Shown in pieces: positions 8,801 to 21,450 of a stretch of 64,000 nt of DNA; position 1 is the stretch's first letter, and every line of letters begins with the position of its first letter. The notes under the pieces were generated by a model. The model was not told the DNA's origin. It saw nothing but the letters and a program-made list of their open reading frames with translations, and did no database searches. The position numbers were made by a program, and so were the translations under genes. This DNA comes from an uncultured Gemmatimonadales bacterium (GTDB lineage Bacteria; Gemmatimonadota; Gemmatimonadetes; Longimicrobiales; Gaopeijiaceae), in contig CAWELD010000003.1 of assembly GCA_963809895.1 (NCBI GenBank), forward strand, positions 1,600,001 to 1,664,000, in the 5' to 3' direction.

Positions 8801-10148
8801 GGACGCCCTGGGCCGCCTCCATCGGGCGGGGGTATTCCGGGATCGCCTCTCCTGGGACCGGGTGGGCGAGCTCGCGCTGGACCTGCGGGTGCAGGGCGAC
8901 AGCACCTTCATGGCGTTGGCCACGCTGCCCCGGAGCGATGGGCCGGCATCGACCGACACGCCGCGTCTGTTGGCCTCCGGGTGGCGTTGGGACGGCTCTC
9001 GCATGGTCCAGTGGGATGCGCCGATTCCGCCGGCGGAGAGCGACTCGGTGCTGGCCCGCCTGAACACCTTCCCGGGCGTCGACGTCTACTACCTCACCCG
9101 CTCGTTCCTGGGGCAGCCCGTGTTCGCCGCGGACTTCCTGCCGGCCGACGAGGGGCGCTTCGTGAGCCAGGCCAAGCTGAACGCCCTCAAGCCCACGCTG
9201 CTGCTCAGCGGCCGCCAGCACGCCAACGAGGTGTCCAGCACCAGCCACATCCTGCGTCTGGGAGAGCTGCTGGCCACCGACTCCACGTACCGGGCCCTGC
9301 TCAAGTGCGTGAACGTGGTGCTGCACCCCGTCACCAATCCCGACGGGGCCCGCCTGGCGGTGCAGATGCAGGAGACCAACCCCGACTTCATGCTGCATGC
9401 CGGCTATCTGGGCGCGCTGGGCGTGGACGCAACCTCCGGAGAACGGGACGACGATCCCATGTATCCCGAGTCCCAGGCCCGGCGCCGGCTGCGCGAGACG
9501 TGGCTGCCGGACGTCTACATGAACATGCACGGCTACCCGTCGCACGAGTGGGTGCAGTACTTCGCGGGCTACAGCGCCTGGGTGCGCAGCCGACGCGGCG
9601 GTCAGCGCGACTGGTGGACGCCCCGGGGATGGTTCGTTCCGGGGCTGTCGTGGGTCGACGACGACGAGAATCCCGACTACAAGACCGCCCAGTTCGCCAT
9701 TCTGGACTCGGTGGCGGCGTCCATCACCGGCGACCCGCAGGTGGACGCCATGAACCGCCGGCTGTACGCCCGCTACCGGAAGTACGGAGCGCAGGACCGG
9801 CAGGAATTCACCGAGTACTTCCACGACGGCATCCTGGTGAACCTCAGGCTCCGTGGGCAGGACGGAATCGGCACGGGTGTGTACAGCCCGCGCATCACGT
9901 ACTTCTCGACCACGACGGAGGCGCCCGACGAGACGGCCCGTGGCGACTGGCTGAAGCTGGTGGCGTCGGCGGGGCTGGATCACGCCAGCGCACTGCTCCG
10001 CTATCTGGCCGCCGGCGACTTCGACGTCATGCGTGAGGCCCAGGCCTTCGACCACGCCGTGACCCGGTCCATCTTCCGGACCAAGCCGGTGCTGCCTCCG
10101 GGCGAGAGCGACGCCGAGAACGACGAAGGCGGCGGTCCCCGACCCTGA
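5880..10148 (+). CDS. large secreted M14 family zinc carboxypeptidase-domain protein
   Basis: signal-peptide-like N-terminus; C-terminal GRQHANE (HxxE), NPDG and NMHG motifs; start chosen at MSSPRT. Confidence 0.8.
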   Translation: MSSPRTARAFGPAFALALLSWTTPSLAAVSRRPVSPADTLADLRNLLDTAVVLEDRDDDGIVDRLDVRLVLGATPTEADVTAAMNMAARLGFETASSDLGLLAADVQDPWDRPVLTVGRGALERMGLGALADDATRDLDPGEGALVHLPSSASLPWGGAGLVGYDATGLMAVSAYTAGRYPAVWNVDGDTWSRAADRVSEFLTARDVAATTSLDRIVVAMDAPGVVGARLTVRLSDTASYQRALQALEGGDSTSAADTTSADHTPPKLQSLEVRDVRRLDLRLVAPGAEHTVVLRPRKPWNTRADGELRPGPDRTFGLADLYSIEGLFRDTNRDLVPDQTAADLSVRGADAPSALVDLATRIGLETAGIRLPLARVGGGDGVPGAGGFPVMVGTHHEQIRRLRDQGRLAGAPPVAGEGFVQLVDGAFDGRSGMVVGGADGRGLGAALDWLATRAPYLWTYGKGETRLADLDTEVRRFVQAREAPGQVALALAKLDRWAGRLVGDAPARVEVEIAAKEMPAGVRDVAEAMLREHLPESDIQVSTWPTGFGVGDTIFTQDWDLPWEVDEVRRVLDSDVYPGVTAGEPARVQIRVSEPLDVREALADEIRDELARRGVDDPEVTVLNAYKQGYSWLHEVVLPQLRGRDVAGIDITYHTLEESDEVRWQTIAADTRWLQELYPIDAVLARELAIPDSAVTFHPTRAAEPVYTVVAHDAEGLEVLRESFDPHYVVRPFFDLFPEYEQVRVTTGWITAASGADTLVDQRVVTDPERFWDRLQTDTYRRITDYVLDTQDGRPSPSNAPYFDEFRVNLRMSEPNHRIGVDEEVISSLEALHEDIYFETLTLFDLIGSRYQTSLPYPGRVLPYIDPTGSGQPPRAHVTFTGKARGAPEVLMRTWQSADDPEPLLQRYALDPLPYPAPRTVGVTVAAGEDGLRQLLMRVEARDSVDRTAEFEGRASEGSIDRQFPSVELTRSMLDALGRLHRAGVFRDRLSWDRVGELALDLRVQGDSTFMALATLPRSDGPASTDTPRLLASGWRWDGSRMVQWDAPIPPAESDSVLARLNTFPGVDVYYLTRSFLGQPVFAADFLPADEGRFVSQAKLNALKPTLLLSGRQHANEVSSTSHILRLGELLATDSTYRALLKCVNVVLHPVTNPDGARLAVQMQETNPDFMLHAGYLGALGVDATSGERDDDPMYPESQARRRLRETWLPDVYMNMHGYPSHEWVQYFAGYSAWVRSRRGGQRDWWTPRGWFVPGLSWVDDDENPDYKTAQFAILDSVAASITGDPQVDAMNRRLYARYRKYGAQDRQEFTEYFHDGILVNLRLRGQDGIGTGVYSPRITYFSTTTEAPDETARGDWLKLVASAGLDHASALLRYLAAGDFDVMREAQAFDHAVTRSIFRTKPVLPPGESDAENDEGGGPRP

Positions 10149-10161
10149 GGACCGCCGCCTT
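10126..10161. terminator. 13-bp perfect hairpin between convergent genes
   Basis: AAGGCGGCGGTCC/GGACCGCCGCCTT spanning the M14 stop codon. Confidence 0.55.
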
Positions 10162-10191
10162 GCCCGGTTGCCGAGGGGTCGACCCGCGACC

Positions 10192-12506
<2,315 letters not shown>

Positions 12507-12510
<4 letters not shown>

Positions 12511-13508
12511 GGCCCGTCCCCGACGCCGAAGTGGTCCCAGCCGCCGGCGACGTCGACCGGCTGGCCGGCGCCGTCGACGAAGCGCACGCCCTCACCGGCC
12601 ACGACGCGACCCACACGCGTCATGGTCACGCCGGTCCGGCGGGCCAGATCGTCGGGTGACGCCCCCGGGGTCAACGCCGCCAGAAGCTCGTAGTCCTCGC
12701 CACCGCCGAGCGCCAGCCGCAAGGCCTGGACCGGCCCCAGGGCCTGCGCGGCCTCCGGTTCGACGGGCACGGCGTCGACGTCCACCTCGATCCCCACCTC
12801 CGAGGCCGCCGCCAGGTGACCGGCGTCGCCCGCCAGCCCGTCGGAGAGGTCCATGAGGGCGTGCAGCCGGCCCGTGGTGGCCAGGGCCGCCGCGGCCCCG
12901 ACCCGGGGCTCGGGGCGGGCGAAGCGCGCCCGCAGGCGCGCCTCCGGACGTTCACCCCGATCCCAGAGCACCACCGCTGCCGCCGCCCCCCCCAGCGCCC
13001 CCGTGACCCAGAGTTCGTCGCCGGGCCGGGCACCGCTTCGTCGGGCCGGCGCATCGGTGCGTCCAAGCGCCACGACATCCAGGATGAGCGGCCCGGGTGA
13101 GCGGGTCACGTCGCCTCCCACGAGGCACGCACCCAGGGTCTCCACCGCCGTGCGAGCCCCGGCGCCGACCCGGGCCAGCGTGCCGTCGTCGTGATGCGCA
13201 CGGCTGCCCGCCAGGGCCAGCAGCACGCCCACGGGCCGCGCGGCCATGGCGGCCAGGTCGCTGACGGCGGCGCGCACCGCCCGGCCGCCGATGTCCTCGT
13301 CGTCGAGCCAGCCCCGCCGGAAGTGGACGTCCTCCACCACCATGTCGCAGGTGACGACCCACCCCCCTTCGAGGAGCGCGGCGTCGTCACCGGGGCCCAG
13401 CAGCACCCCTTCCGTCGGCCGCGCGCCGGCGACCAGCCGCCGGATGAGGTCGAACTCGGCTCCCGGGCCCAACGCCCCGGGCAGGCCGGCCCCGGCGGCG
13501 CTCGTCAC
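12507..13508 (-). CDS. thiL: thiamine-monophosphate kinase
   Basis: EFDLI, GPGDDAA, SDLAAM, GGD, MDLSDGL, GGEDYEL. Confidence 0.95.
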
Positions 13509-15076
13509 CGCGCGGGCCCCAGATCCAGGATCACCCAGGGCTCGTCGAGCTCGCTCTCACCGGGCCCCATGGCAGCCAGAGCGCCGGCCAGCTCGTCGGG
13601 AACGTCCGAGGCCGCCAGCCCGGCGCCCAGGCCGGTGCGGGCCGCGGCGGCGCCGGTGACCATGAGCGCGAGCCCCGCCGCGTCCGGCGCCGCCACACCC
13701 TGTGCCAGGAACGAGCCCACCGTACCGGTCAGCACGTCGCCCATGCCCGCGGCGGCCAGCTCGGAACCCCCGACACCGCTCACCCCCAGAGCGCCACCGG
13801 GCTCCGCTACCAGCGTCGGCGAGCCCTTGAGGAGGACGACGCACCCGGCCTCGTCGGCGAGGGCCCGAGCCACCGCCGGTCGGCGGCCCTGGAGATCCGA
13901 GACGGCCAGGTCCATGAGTCGGCTCATTTCGCCGGGATGGGGCGTGACCACCAGCGAGCGTCCCACGGCCGCCCTGGCGAGGCGTGTGGGCCGCCCCTGG
14001 GCCAGGAGGTTGAGGGCGTCGGCGTCCAGCACCAGGTCGTGCCCCCCTTCCAGAACCCGGCGGAGCGTCTGCTCGGCCTCATCGCCGGTGCCGAGGCCGG
14101 GACCCGCCGCCACGGCGCGCGACGCGTCCAGCGCCGCCGTCAACGCCGCATCGTCGCTCACGTCGACGAAGGGAGCGTCTGGAACCGCCTCCTGCAGGAT
14201 CTCGCGGTTGGCGGGGGCCGATGCGATGCGCACGAAACCGGCTCCGGCACGGAGGCCGGCACGGGCGGCCAGCACGGCGGCGCCGGCCATGCCCTCCCGC
14301 CCCGCCACCACCAACAGGGCTCCCACGGCGTTCTTGTGGGTGTCCGACGCCCGCACCGGAAGCAACGGCCGGGCCCACCCCGGGGTCAGGAGCCGCGCCG
14401 GCCAGCGCTCGGGGCCCGGCGGCGGAAAGCCGATCTCCACGGCCACGAGCCGCCCGGTGTGCGCCCGTGCCGGGTGCAGCAGCGATCCCAGCTTGGGCCA
14501 CCCGAACGCCACCGTCAGATCGGCGCGGATCGCCTCACCGTCGACGGCGCCGGTGTCGGCGTCGATACCCGAGGGCACGTCCAGCGCCACCACCGGGCGA
14601 GCGGCCCGGCCCACCGCGACGATGGCGCGGGCCTGTCGCGCCCGGGGCGCGCCCCGGATCCCGGTGCCCAACACGCCGTCCACCACGACCGCCGCGTGCC
14701 GGAGCACGTCGGTCAGAGCGTCGTCGTCGAGCTCGGTATCCCCACAGACCTCGAGCGTCCAGCCGTGCAGAAGCGGATCGTCGACGGGACGGTCGGCGCA
14801 CAGGACGGCCCTCACCGGGCGTCCCCAGGCAGCCAGTGTGCGCAGCGCCACCAGGGCGTCGCCCCCGTTGTTGCCGGCACCCACCAGCCCCACGACCTCA
14901 CCGGTGGGGTAGAGGCGCTGCACCAGCGCCGCGGCCTGTCGCCCGGCGGTCTCCATGAGGGCGGCCTCGGGCACGCCCCGCTGTCGGATGGACAGGTCAT
15001 CGAACGCCGCCGACTCTCGCCCCGTGGGCAGCGGGACCGCGCCCCGGGCGAACGGAAGAGCGCCGGCGGAGCTCAC
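13505..15076 (-). CDS. nnr: bifunctional NAD(P)H-hydrate epimerase/dehydratase
   Basis: LMETAG, GAGNNGGD, DVPSG, GPGLG, LDADAL, TPHPGE, GMGDVL; GTG start after GGGAG. Confidence 0.93.
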   Translation of the reverse strand: MSSAGALPFARGAVPLPTGRESAAFDDLSIRQRGVPEAALMETAGRQAAALVQRLYPTGEVVGLVGAGNNGGDALVALRTLAAWGRPVRAVLCADRPVDDPLLHGWTLEVCGDTELDDDALTDVLRHAAVVVDGVLGTGIRGAPRARQARAIVAVGRAARPVVALDVPSGIDADTGAVDGEAIRADLTVAFGWPKLGSLLHPARAHTGRLVAVEIGFPPPGPERWPARLLTPGWARPLLPVRASDTHKNAVGALLVVAGREGMAGAAVLAARAGLRAGAGFVRIASAPANREILQEAVPDAPFVDVSDDAALTAALDASRAVAAGPGLGTGDEAEQTLRRVLEGGHDLVLDADALNLLAQGRPTRLARAAVGRSLVVTPHPGEMSRLMDLAVSDLQGRRPAVARALADEAGCVVLLKGSPTLVAEPGGALGVSGVGGSELAAAGMGDVLTGTVGSFLAQGVAAPDAAGLALMVTGAAAARTGLGAGLAASDVPDELAGALAAMGPGESELDEPWVILDLGPAR

Positions 15077-15230
15077 AGCGTCTCCCACCGCTGGACGCAC
15101 GCCGCCCGCCGGCGGTCCGGACTGGACCGCCGCGCGGCGTGCGTCGTGTTGGAATGGGGCGACCGGCGGAGTGTGGAGGGACGCCGGCGCGAGGGGGACC
15201 CGAGTGTGGAGAAACGGTCCCCGCGGGAGG

Positions 15231-15428
15231 TTACTTGTAGCTCTGGCCGATGGAGCGGCCGAAGGTGATCTCCCCGTTGTCGATCCGGATGTTGAAGCCG
15301 CACTCCGGATTCGAGCAGACCCAGGCCTTGTACTGGATCGGGGCCCCGTCGCGCCCATAGTCTGAGAGCGGAATGAGCAGGCCGCCCTCGCACTTGAGGC
15401 AACGCGGATACCCTTGATCTTCCACCAT
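15231..15428 (-). CDS. small putative zinc-ribbon protein (65 aa)
   Basis: CLKC...CSNPEC; GGGAGG SD; typical codon usage. Confidence 0.8.
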   Translation of the reverse strand: MVEDQGYPRCLKCEGGLLIPLSDYGRDGAPIQYKAWVCSNPECGFNIRIDNGEITFGRSIGQSYK

Positions 15429-15497
15429 GTCGAACCCCTCCCATCGGCGATGAATGCGGTGGTGCGGATCTGCGAGCCGGCCAGGCCCGCGAAATCC

Positions 15498-15881
15498 CTA
15501 GGTGCGTGAGACTCCCCACGGGTATCCCCGCTCGAAAGTCTCCTCGAAATCGAAGACGTTCCTGAAATCCTCGCGCCGATCCTCGTCCTGCTTCACCAGG
15601 ACCCCGCACTCCACCAGCGCAAACACCACCTCCCCCATGTCCTCCGTGGAGTGAATCCCCCAGTGCTCCAGGACAGTCCGGGCGAGAGGACCGAAGCGCG
15701 TCAGCGCCAGGTCGCGAACGCCCCTGACCAGTTCGCCCCCCGCGATGTGGCGGGGGCGGTCCAGCCCGTCCATGACCGATTGCAGCGCCGACAGCACGAA
15801 CAGGTACGCCTTCGGATGGAACCGGGGGTTCCGCTCCTGGAGGCGTCCCAGAATCTCGTCGGCGAATTGCACGTCTGTCAT
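15498..15881 (-). CDS. Minf_1886 family protein
   Basis: AYLFVLSAL...RHIAGGEL...FGPLARTVLEHWGIHSTEDMGEVVFALVE...EDF. Confidence 0.8.
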   Translation of the reverse strand: MTDVQFADEILGRLQERNPRFHPKAYLFVLSALQSVMDGLDRPRHIAGGELVRGVRDLALTRFGPLARTVLEHWGIHSTEDMGEVVFALVECGVLVKQDEDRREDFRNVFDFEETFERGYPWGVSRT

Positions 15882-15971
15882 GGGGCCCAAAGTTACGCGG
15901 TTGGTGGCAAGATGCTAGACCCGCGGCCACACAACCGTGACCGGAGCGGGTGCAGCGCCTGGCCGACCCCG

Positions 15972-17237
15972 TCATCCCACCGGCGCGGGCTCGGCATGCA
16001 GCGGGAAGCTCGACGCGAGCTCCTCCACCTCGGCGCGGGTGCGGCGGACCAGCGCCTCGTCCTCCGGTGCGGACAGGACCCGGGCCACCCATTCTCCGAT
16101 GCGGTGCATCTCCGCCTCGCCCATCCCCCGAGTGGTCAGGGCCGGTGTGCCGATCCGTAGTCCGGAGGTGACGAACGGCGAGCGCGTCTCGCCGGGAACC
16201 GTGTTCTTGTTCATGGTGATACCGGCACGCTCCAACGCAGCCTCGGCGTCCTTGCCGGTGAGCTCGGCATGGCTGGGCCGCAGATCCACCAGCAGGAGGT
16301 GGTTGTCGGTGCCACCGCCCACGAGGTGGAAGTCCCGGGCCAGGAGCGCGTCGCCCAGGGCCCGTGCGTTGGCGACGATACGTGACGCGTAGTCGCGGAA
16401 CGAGGGCTGGAGGGCTTCCTGGAACGCCACGGCCTTGGCGGCGATGACGTGCATCAAGGGGCCGCCCTGCACCCCGGGAAACACCGCCTTGTCCAGCGTC
16501 TTGGCATGCTCGCCCGTGGTCAGGATCAGCCCGCCTCGCGGACCCCGCAGCGTCTTGTGGGTCGTGCTGGTCACCACGTCGGCGTGGGGAATCGGCGACG
16601 GATGCACGCCGGCGGCCACCAGCCCGGCGATGTGGGCCATGTCCACCAGCAACACCGCACCGACCTCACGGGCGATGGCGCCGAAGGTCTCGAAGTCCAG
16701 CGTACGCGCGTAGGCGCTCGCACCGGCGATGATCATCTTCGGCCGGAACTCGAGAGCCTGATCGCGCACCGCGTCGTAGTCGATACGCCCGTCGGACTCG
16801 CGGACACCGTAGCTGGCCACCTCGAAGTAGCGCCCGCTGAAGTTCACGCGGGATCCGTGGGTGAGGTGCCCTCCGTGGCTGAGGTCCATGCCCAGGATGC
16901 GATCCCCCGGCTCCAGAAACGCCAGGAAGGCCGCCATGTTCGCCTGAGCGCCCGCGTGGGGCTGGACGTTGGCGTGCTCCGCGTCGAACAGCTCCATGGC
17001 GCGGGAACGGGCCAGGTTCTCCACCACGTCCACGTGCTCACAACCCCCGTAGTAGCGCTTTCCGGGAAGCCCTTCGGCGTACTTGTTGGTGAGCACGGTG
17101 CCCATGGCCTCGAGCACGGCCTCGGATACGAAGTTCTCGGAAGCGATGAGCTCGAGACCGCTGCGCTGGCGGCGGGCCTCGGCGAGAACGGCCTCGTGGA
17201 CCTCGGGATCGGTGACCTTGAGATGATCGTAGTTCAT
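15972..17237 (-). CDS. glyA: serine hydroxymethyltransferase
   Basis: [31 protein letters not shown]. Confidence 0.98.
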   Translation of the reverse strand: MNYDHLKVTDPEVHEAVLAEARRQRSGLELIASENFVSEAVLEAMGTVLTNKYAEGLPGKRYYGGCEHVDVVENLARSRAMELFDAEHANVQPHAGAQANMAAFLAFLEPGDRILGMDLSHGGHLTHGSRVNFSGRYFEVASYGVRESDGRIDYDAVRDQALEFRPKMIIAGASAYARTLDFETFGAIAREVGAVLLVDMAHIAGLVAAGVHPSPIPHADVVTSTTHKTLRGPRGGLILTTGEHAKTLDKAVFPGVQGGPLMHVIAAKAVAFQEALQPSFRDYASRIVANARALGDALLARDFHLVGGGTDNHLLLVDLRPSHAELTGKDAEAALERAGITMNKNTVPGETRSPFVTSGLRIGTPALTTRGMGEAEMHRIGEWVARVLSAPEDEALVRRTRAEVEELASSFPLHAEPAPVG

Positions 17238-17265
17238 GGAAGACCGCGTGGGTTGTGGATGCCGC

Positions 17266-17301
17266 GAGGGCCCGGCGCACCCTGGGACGCGCCGGGCCCT
17301 C
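17266..17301. terminator. 13-bp hairpin after the amino acid dehydrogenase gene
   Basis: GAGGGCCCGGCGC/GCGCCGGGCCCTC; no U-tract. Confidence 0.4.
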
Positions 17302-17307
17302 CGCGTG

Positions 17308-18363
<1,056 letters not shown>

Positions 18364-18402
18364 CCGTACCTACTCCTCTCGGTTCCAGGACCGGCGTTCG
18401 GG

Positions 18403-19602
18403 TCAGATCTCCAGGCCGGCAGCCCGGAGCATCTCCCGCGCAATGACGACACGCATGATCTCACTCGTCCCTTCGTAGATCTCGGTGCCCTTGGCGTCCC
18501 GCATGAGCTTCTCCACGGGATAATCTCTCATGTAGCCATAGCCTCCGAAAATCTGCACCGCCTCGTCGGCGGCGAACAACGCGGCTTCACTGGCCGCGAG
18601 CTTGGCGGCAGCGGCCCGCGCCGACAATGCATCGGCGCCCGTGCCCCCGTCCACCCCACCCTCCCTCACGACCTGCATGCGCCGCCCCACCTCGAAGGTG
18701 AGCGCCCGGGCGGCGCCGAGCCGGATCGCCGCGTCGGCGAGCTTCGCCTGAATGGCGTCGAAGCGGGCGATGGGCCCTCCGAACTGCTCTCGCTCCACGG
18801 CGTAGGCGAGCGCGTGGGCCAGTGCAGCCTCGCCGATGCCCAGCGCTTGCGCGGCGATGCCCACGCGTCCCAGCACCAGCGACTCCATGGCGTAGGCCAG
18901 CCCGCGGCCGGCCTCGCCCACCAGGGCCTCGCCCGGGAGGCGCAGCCCCTCGAGCTCCACCTGCACCGTCTGGGAGGCACGCAGCCCCATGGTCGTGGTC
19001 CGCGGCCCCACGCGGTACCCGTCGGCGGAGGGCTCCACGGCGAAGCACCCTACGCCGTCGTCGGTACGGGCGAAGACCAGGACCAGGCCGGCGCGGGCTC
19101 CGTTGGTGACCCACTTCTTGGTGCCGTCCAGCACCCAGCCCCCCGCCTCGCGCCGCGCCCGGGCCTCGACGGACGCGGCATCGCTGCCGGCGTCGGGCTC
19201 GCTCAGGGCGAAGGCCCCCAGCGTCTCGCCGGAGGCCAGGGCCGGCAAGAGCTCGGCCCGTTGCTCCTCGGAGCCGTGGGCGAGCACGATTCCGGTCACC
19301 GGCCCGTTGTGGATGGCCACGCTCAACGCCACCGCGGCGTCGGCCCGCGCCAGCTCGGCGACCACCAGGAGGTAGGTGACGAGATCCAGCTCGAGCCCTC
19401 CGTAGCTCTCGGGCACCAGCATTCCCATGAAACCGAGCTCGGCCAGCTTGGCGAAGATCTCGTCGGGGAGCTCCTGCCCGGCGTCCCACGCCGGCGCGTG
19501 CGGCTGGATCTCTCCCTGGGCGAACTCCCGGGCGAGCGCGCGGATCTCGAGCTGCTCGGCGGTCAGCACGCCGGAGCTCCCCGAAGCGACGGGCATGGGC
19601 AC
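18403..19602 (-). CDS. acyl-CoA dehydrogenase
   Basis: FALSEPDAGSD, GTKKWVTNG, REQFG, QIFGGYGY, IYEGTSEI. Confidence 0.95.
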   Translation of the reverse strand: MPMPVASGSSGVLTAEQLEIRALAREFAQGEIQPHAPAWDAGQELPDEIFAKLAELGFMGMLVPESYGGLELDLVTYLLVVAELARADAAVALSVAIHNGPVTGIVLAHGSEEQRAELLPALASGETLGAFALSEPDAGSDAASVEARARREAGGWVLDGTKKWVTNGARAGLVLVFARTDDGVGCFAVEPSADGYRVGPRTTTMGLRASQTVQVELEGLRLPGEALVGEAGRGLAYAMESLVLGRVGIAAQALGIGEAALAHALAYAVEREQFGGPIARFDAIQAKLADAAIRLGAARALTFEVGRRMQVVREGGVDGGTGADALSARAAAAKLAASEAALFAADEAVQIFGGYGYMRDYPVEKLMRDAKGTEIYEGTSEIMRVVIAREMLRAAGLEI

Positions 19603-19611
19603 GTCACGTCC

Positions 19612-20469
19612 TCAGCCCTGGTAGCCGTAGAAGCCGCGGCCGGACTTGCGGCCGAGCCACCCTGCGGCCACGTACTTGCGCAGGAGCGGGCACGGCCGGT
19701 AGCGGTCGTCGCCCAGCTCCCGGTGGAGGACCTCCAGGATGTTCAGGCAGGTGTCGAGGCCGATGAGGTCGGCGAGGGCCAGGGGACCCATGGGATGGTT
19801 CATGCCCAGCTTCATGACCGTGTCGATGGCGTCGGGCTCCGCCACGCCCTCCATGAGCGCGAACACGGCCTCGTTGATCATGGGCATGAGGACCCGGTTG
19901 GAGACGAAGCCCGGAAAGTCGTTGACCTCCACGGGTGTCTTGCCGAGCGCCCTGGACAGCTCCATGACCGTCTCGGTCGTGTCGTCGCTGGTCGCCAGGC
20001 CGCGGATCACCTCGACGAGCTGCATGACCGGCACCGGGTTCATGAAGTGCATGCCGATGACCCGGTCCGGCCGCGACGTGGTCGCCGCGATCCCGGTGAT
20101 GGAGATGGACGAGGTGTTGGAGGCCAGGATGGCGCCGTCGGGCGCCGCACCGTCCAGCTTCTCGAAGAGCGCGCGCTTGATCTCCATGCGCTCCGGCACC
20201 GCCTCCACCACCAGGTCGGCGTCCGCCGCCGCCGCCTCGATGCTGGTGCCGGTCTCGATCCGGGCCAGCACCTCCTCCTTGGCCTGGTCGTCCAGGACGC
20301 CCTTCTTCACCTGCCGGTCCAGGTTCTTGCCGACGGTCGCGAGGGCCCTGTCCAGCGCCGTCTGATCCACATCCACCAGGCGCACCTTCAGCCCGGACTG
20401 GGCGCACACATGGGCGATTCCGTTGCCCATGGTGCCACCGCCGATCACCGTCACGCGCTCCACGTTCAT
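19612..20469 (-). CDS. hbd: 3-hydroxybutyryl-CoA dehydrogenase
   Basis: GGGTMGNGIA, SNTSS, GMHFMNP, HPMGPL, GRKSGRGFY. Confidence 0.93.
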   Translation of the reverse strand: MNVERVTVIGGGTMGNGIAHVCAQSGLKVRLVDVDQTALDRALATVGKNLDRQVKKGVLDDQAKEEVLARIETGTSIEAAAADADLVVEAVPERMEIKRALFEKLDGAAPDGAILASNTSSISITGIAATTSRPDRVIGMHFMNPVPVMQLVEVIRGLATSDDTTETVMELSRALGKTPVEVNDFPGFVSNRVLMPMINEAVFALMEGVAEPDAIDTVMKLGMNHPMGPLALADLIGLDTCLNILEVLHRELGDDRYRPCPLLRKYVAAGWLGRKSGRGFYGYQG

Positions 20470-20508
20470 CGATCGTACCTCGTCGTTCGTCGCTCTCTTG
20501 CGTTCCTG

Positions 20509-21423
20509 TCACCCTTCCACCCGACGGAGGGCCCCCGGGGCCCTCAGGCTCCGCGCCGCTCTCGTCATGGCGTACAGCGGCGCCGGCCGGCCCGGCCGCG
20601 GCGCGATCCACCTCGCGCGCCAGACGGCCCAGGCCACCACCACCAGCGCCAGCGCGGCCAGCGCGCTGGCCTCGGGCCCGAAGGCCCCGCCGCTCAACCA
20701 GGCCGGACCGCTGATGCGGGCGTCGAGACCCGGCGTGTCCGCCAGGTCCAGACCGCTCACCACCAGGTCCGCCGGCCAGGCCAGCGTCCAGTTCCAGCCG
20801 AGGTGAGCCCCCACGGCCCACCACAGGGCCCGGCTGCGAAGCACCAGGGCTCCCAGGAGCAGCCCCGCAGCCGTGATCCCCACCAGCCCGGCCCATCCCA
20901 CCCCGGGATTGCCGAGGTGCAACAAGGCGAACACCACGGAGGTGCCCACCAACGCGGCGGCTGGGCTCCAGGCCCGCGCCACCACCTGGAAGAGGTAGCC
21001 GCGCAGGGCCACCTCTTCCGCCGCCGCCGGGAGGGCCAGACGCGCCATCCAGGCGGCGCCGCCCCCCAACCACGCACCCGCCGAGCCGGGCTCGCGCACC
21101 CAGCGGACCCCGCCCGCCAACGCGATCAGCCCCAGGGCGAGCCCCGCCACGCCCACTCCCAACGCGAGCCCGCTCAGGAGCTCGCGCGCCGTTCCCCGGT
21201 CCACGGGCAGCCCCAGCGCTCCAGGGGGTGCCCCGTCCTTGCGAAGGAGCAGCCATCCCACCGCCGTCGCCGCCACGAAGATGGCGGCACCCTGCCCCAC
21301 CAACCCATCGGGCAGCGCCCACTCCAGCGCCACGCTCGCCGTCAACAGCAGCCCGACGAACAGGAGGATTCGCGCCAGGGCCCAGCGCCAGCCGGGCTCC
21401 TCGGACGACGGTCCCCCGTTCAC
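20509..21423 (-). CDS. CPBP (CAAX/Abi) family intramembrane metalloprotease
   Basis: EEVALRG, FALLH, HLGWN, GGAFGPE; multiple TM segments. Confidence 0.88.
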   Translation of the reverse strand: MNGGPSSEEPGWRWALARILLFVGLLLTASVALEWALPDGLVGQGAAIFVAATAVGWLLLRKDGAPPGALGLPVDRGTARELLSGLALGVGVAGLALGLIALAGGVRWVREPGSAGAWLGGGAAWMARLALPAAAEEVALRGYLFQVVARAWSPAAALVGTSVVFALLHLGNPGVGWAGLVGITAAGLLLGALVLRSRALWWAVGAHLGWNWTLAWPADLVVSGLDLADTPGLDARISGPAWLSGGAFGPEASALAALALVVVAWAVWRARWIAPRPGRPAPLYAMTRAARSLRAPGALRRVEG

Positions 21424-21450
21424 ACCGAACTCACGAAAAAAAGCCCCGGA

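Noticed and set aside
5886..10055. 1389-aa minus-strand ORF
   Set aside because: Antisense to the M14 peptidase, no motifs; a common artefact of high GC.
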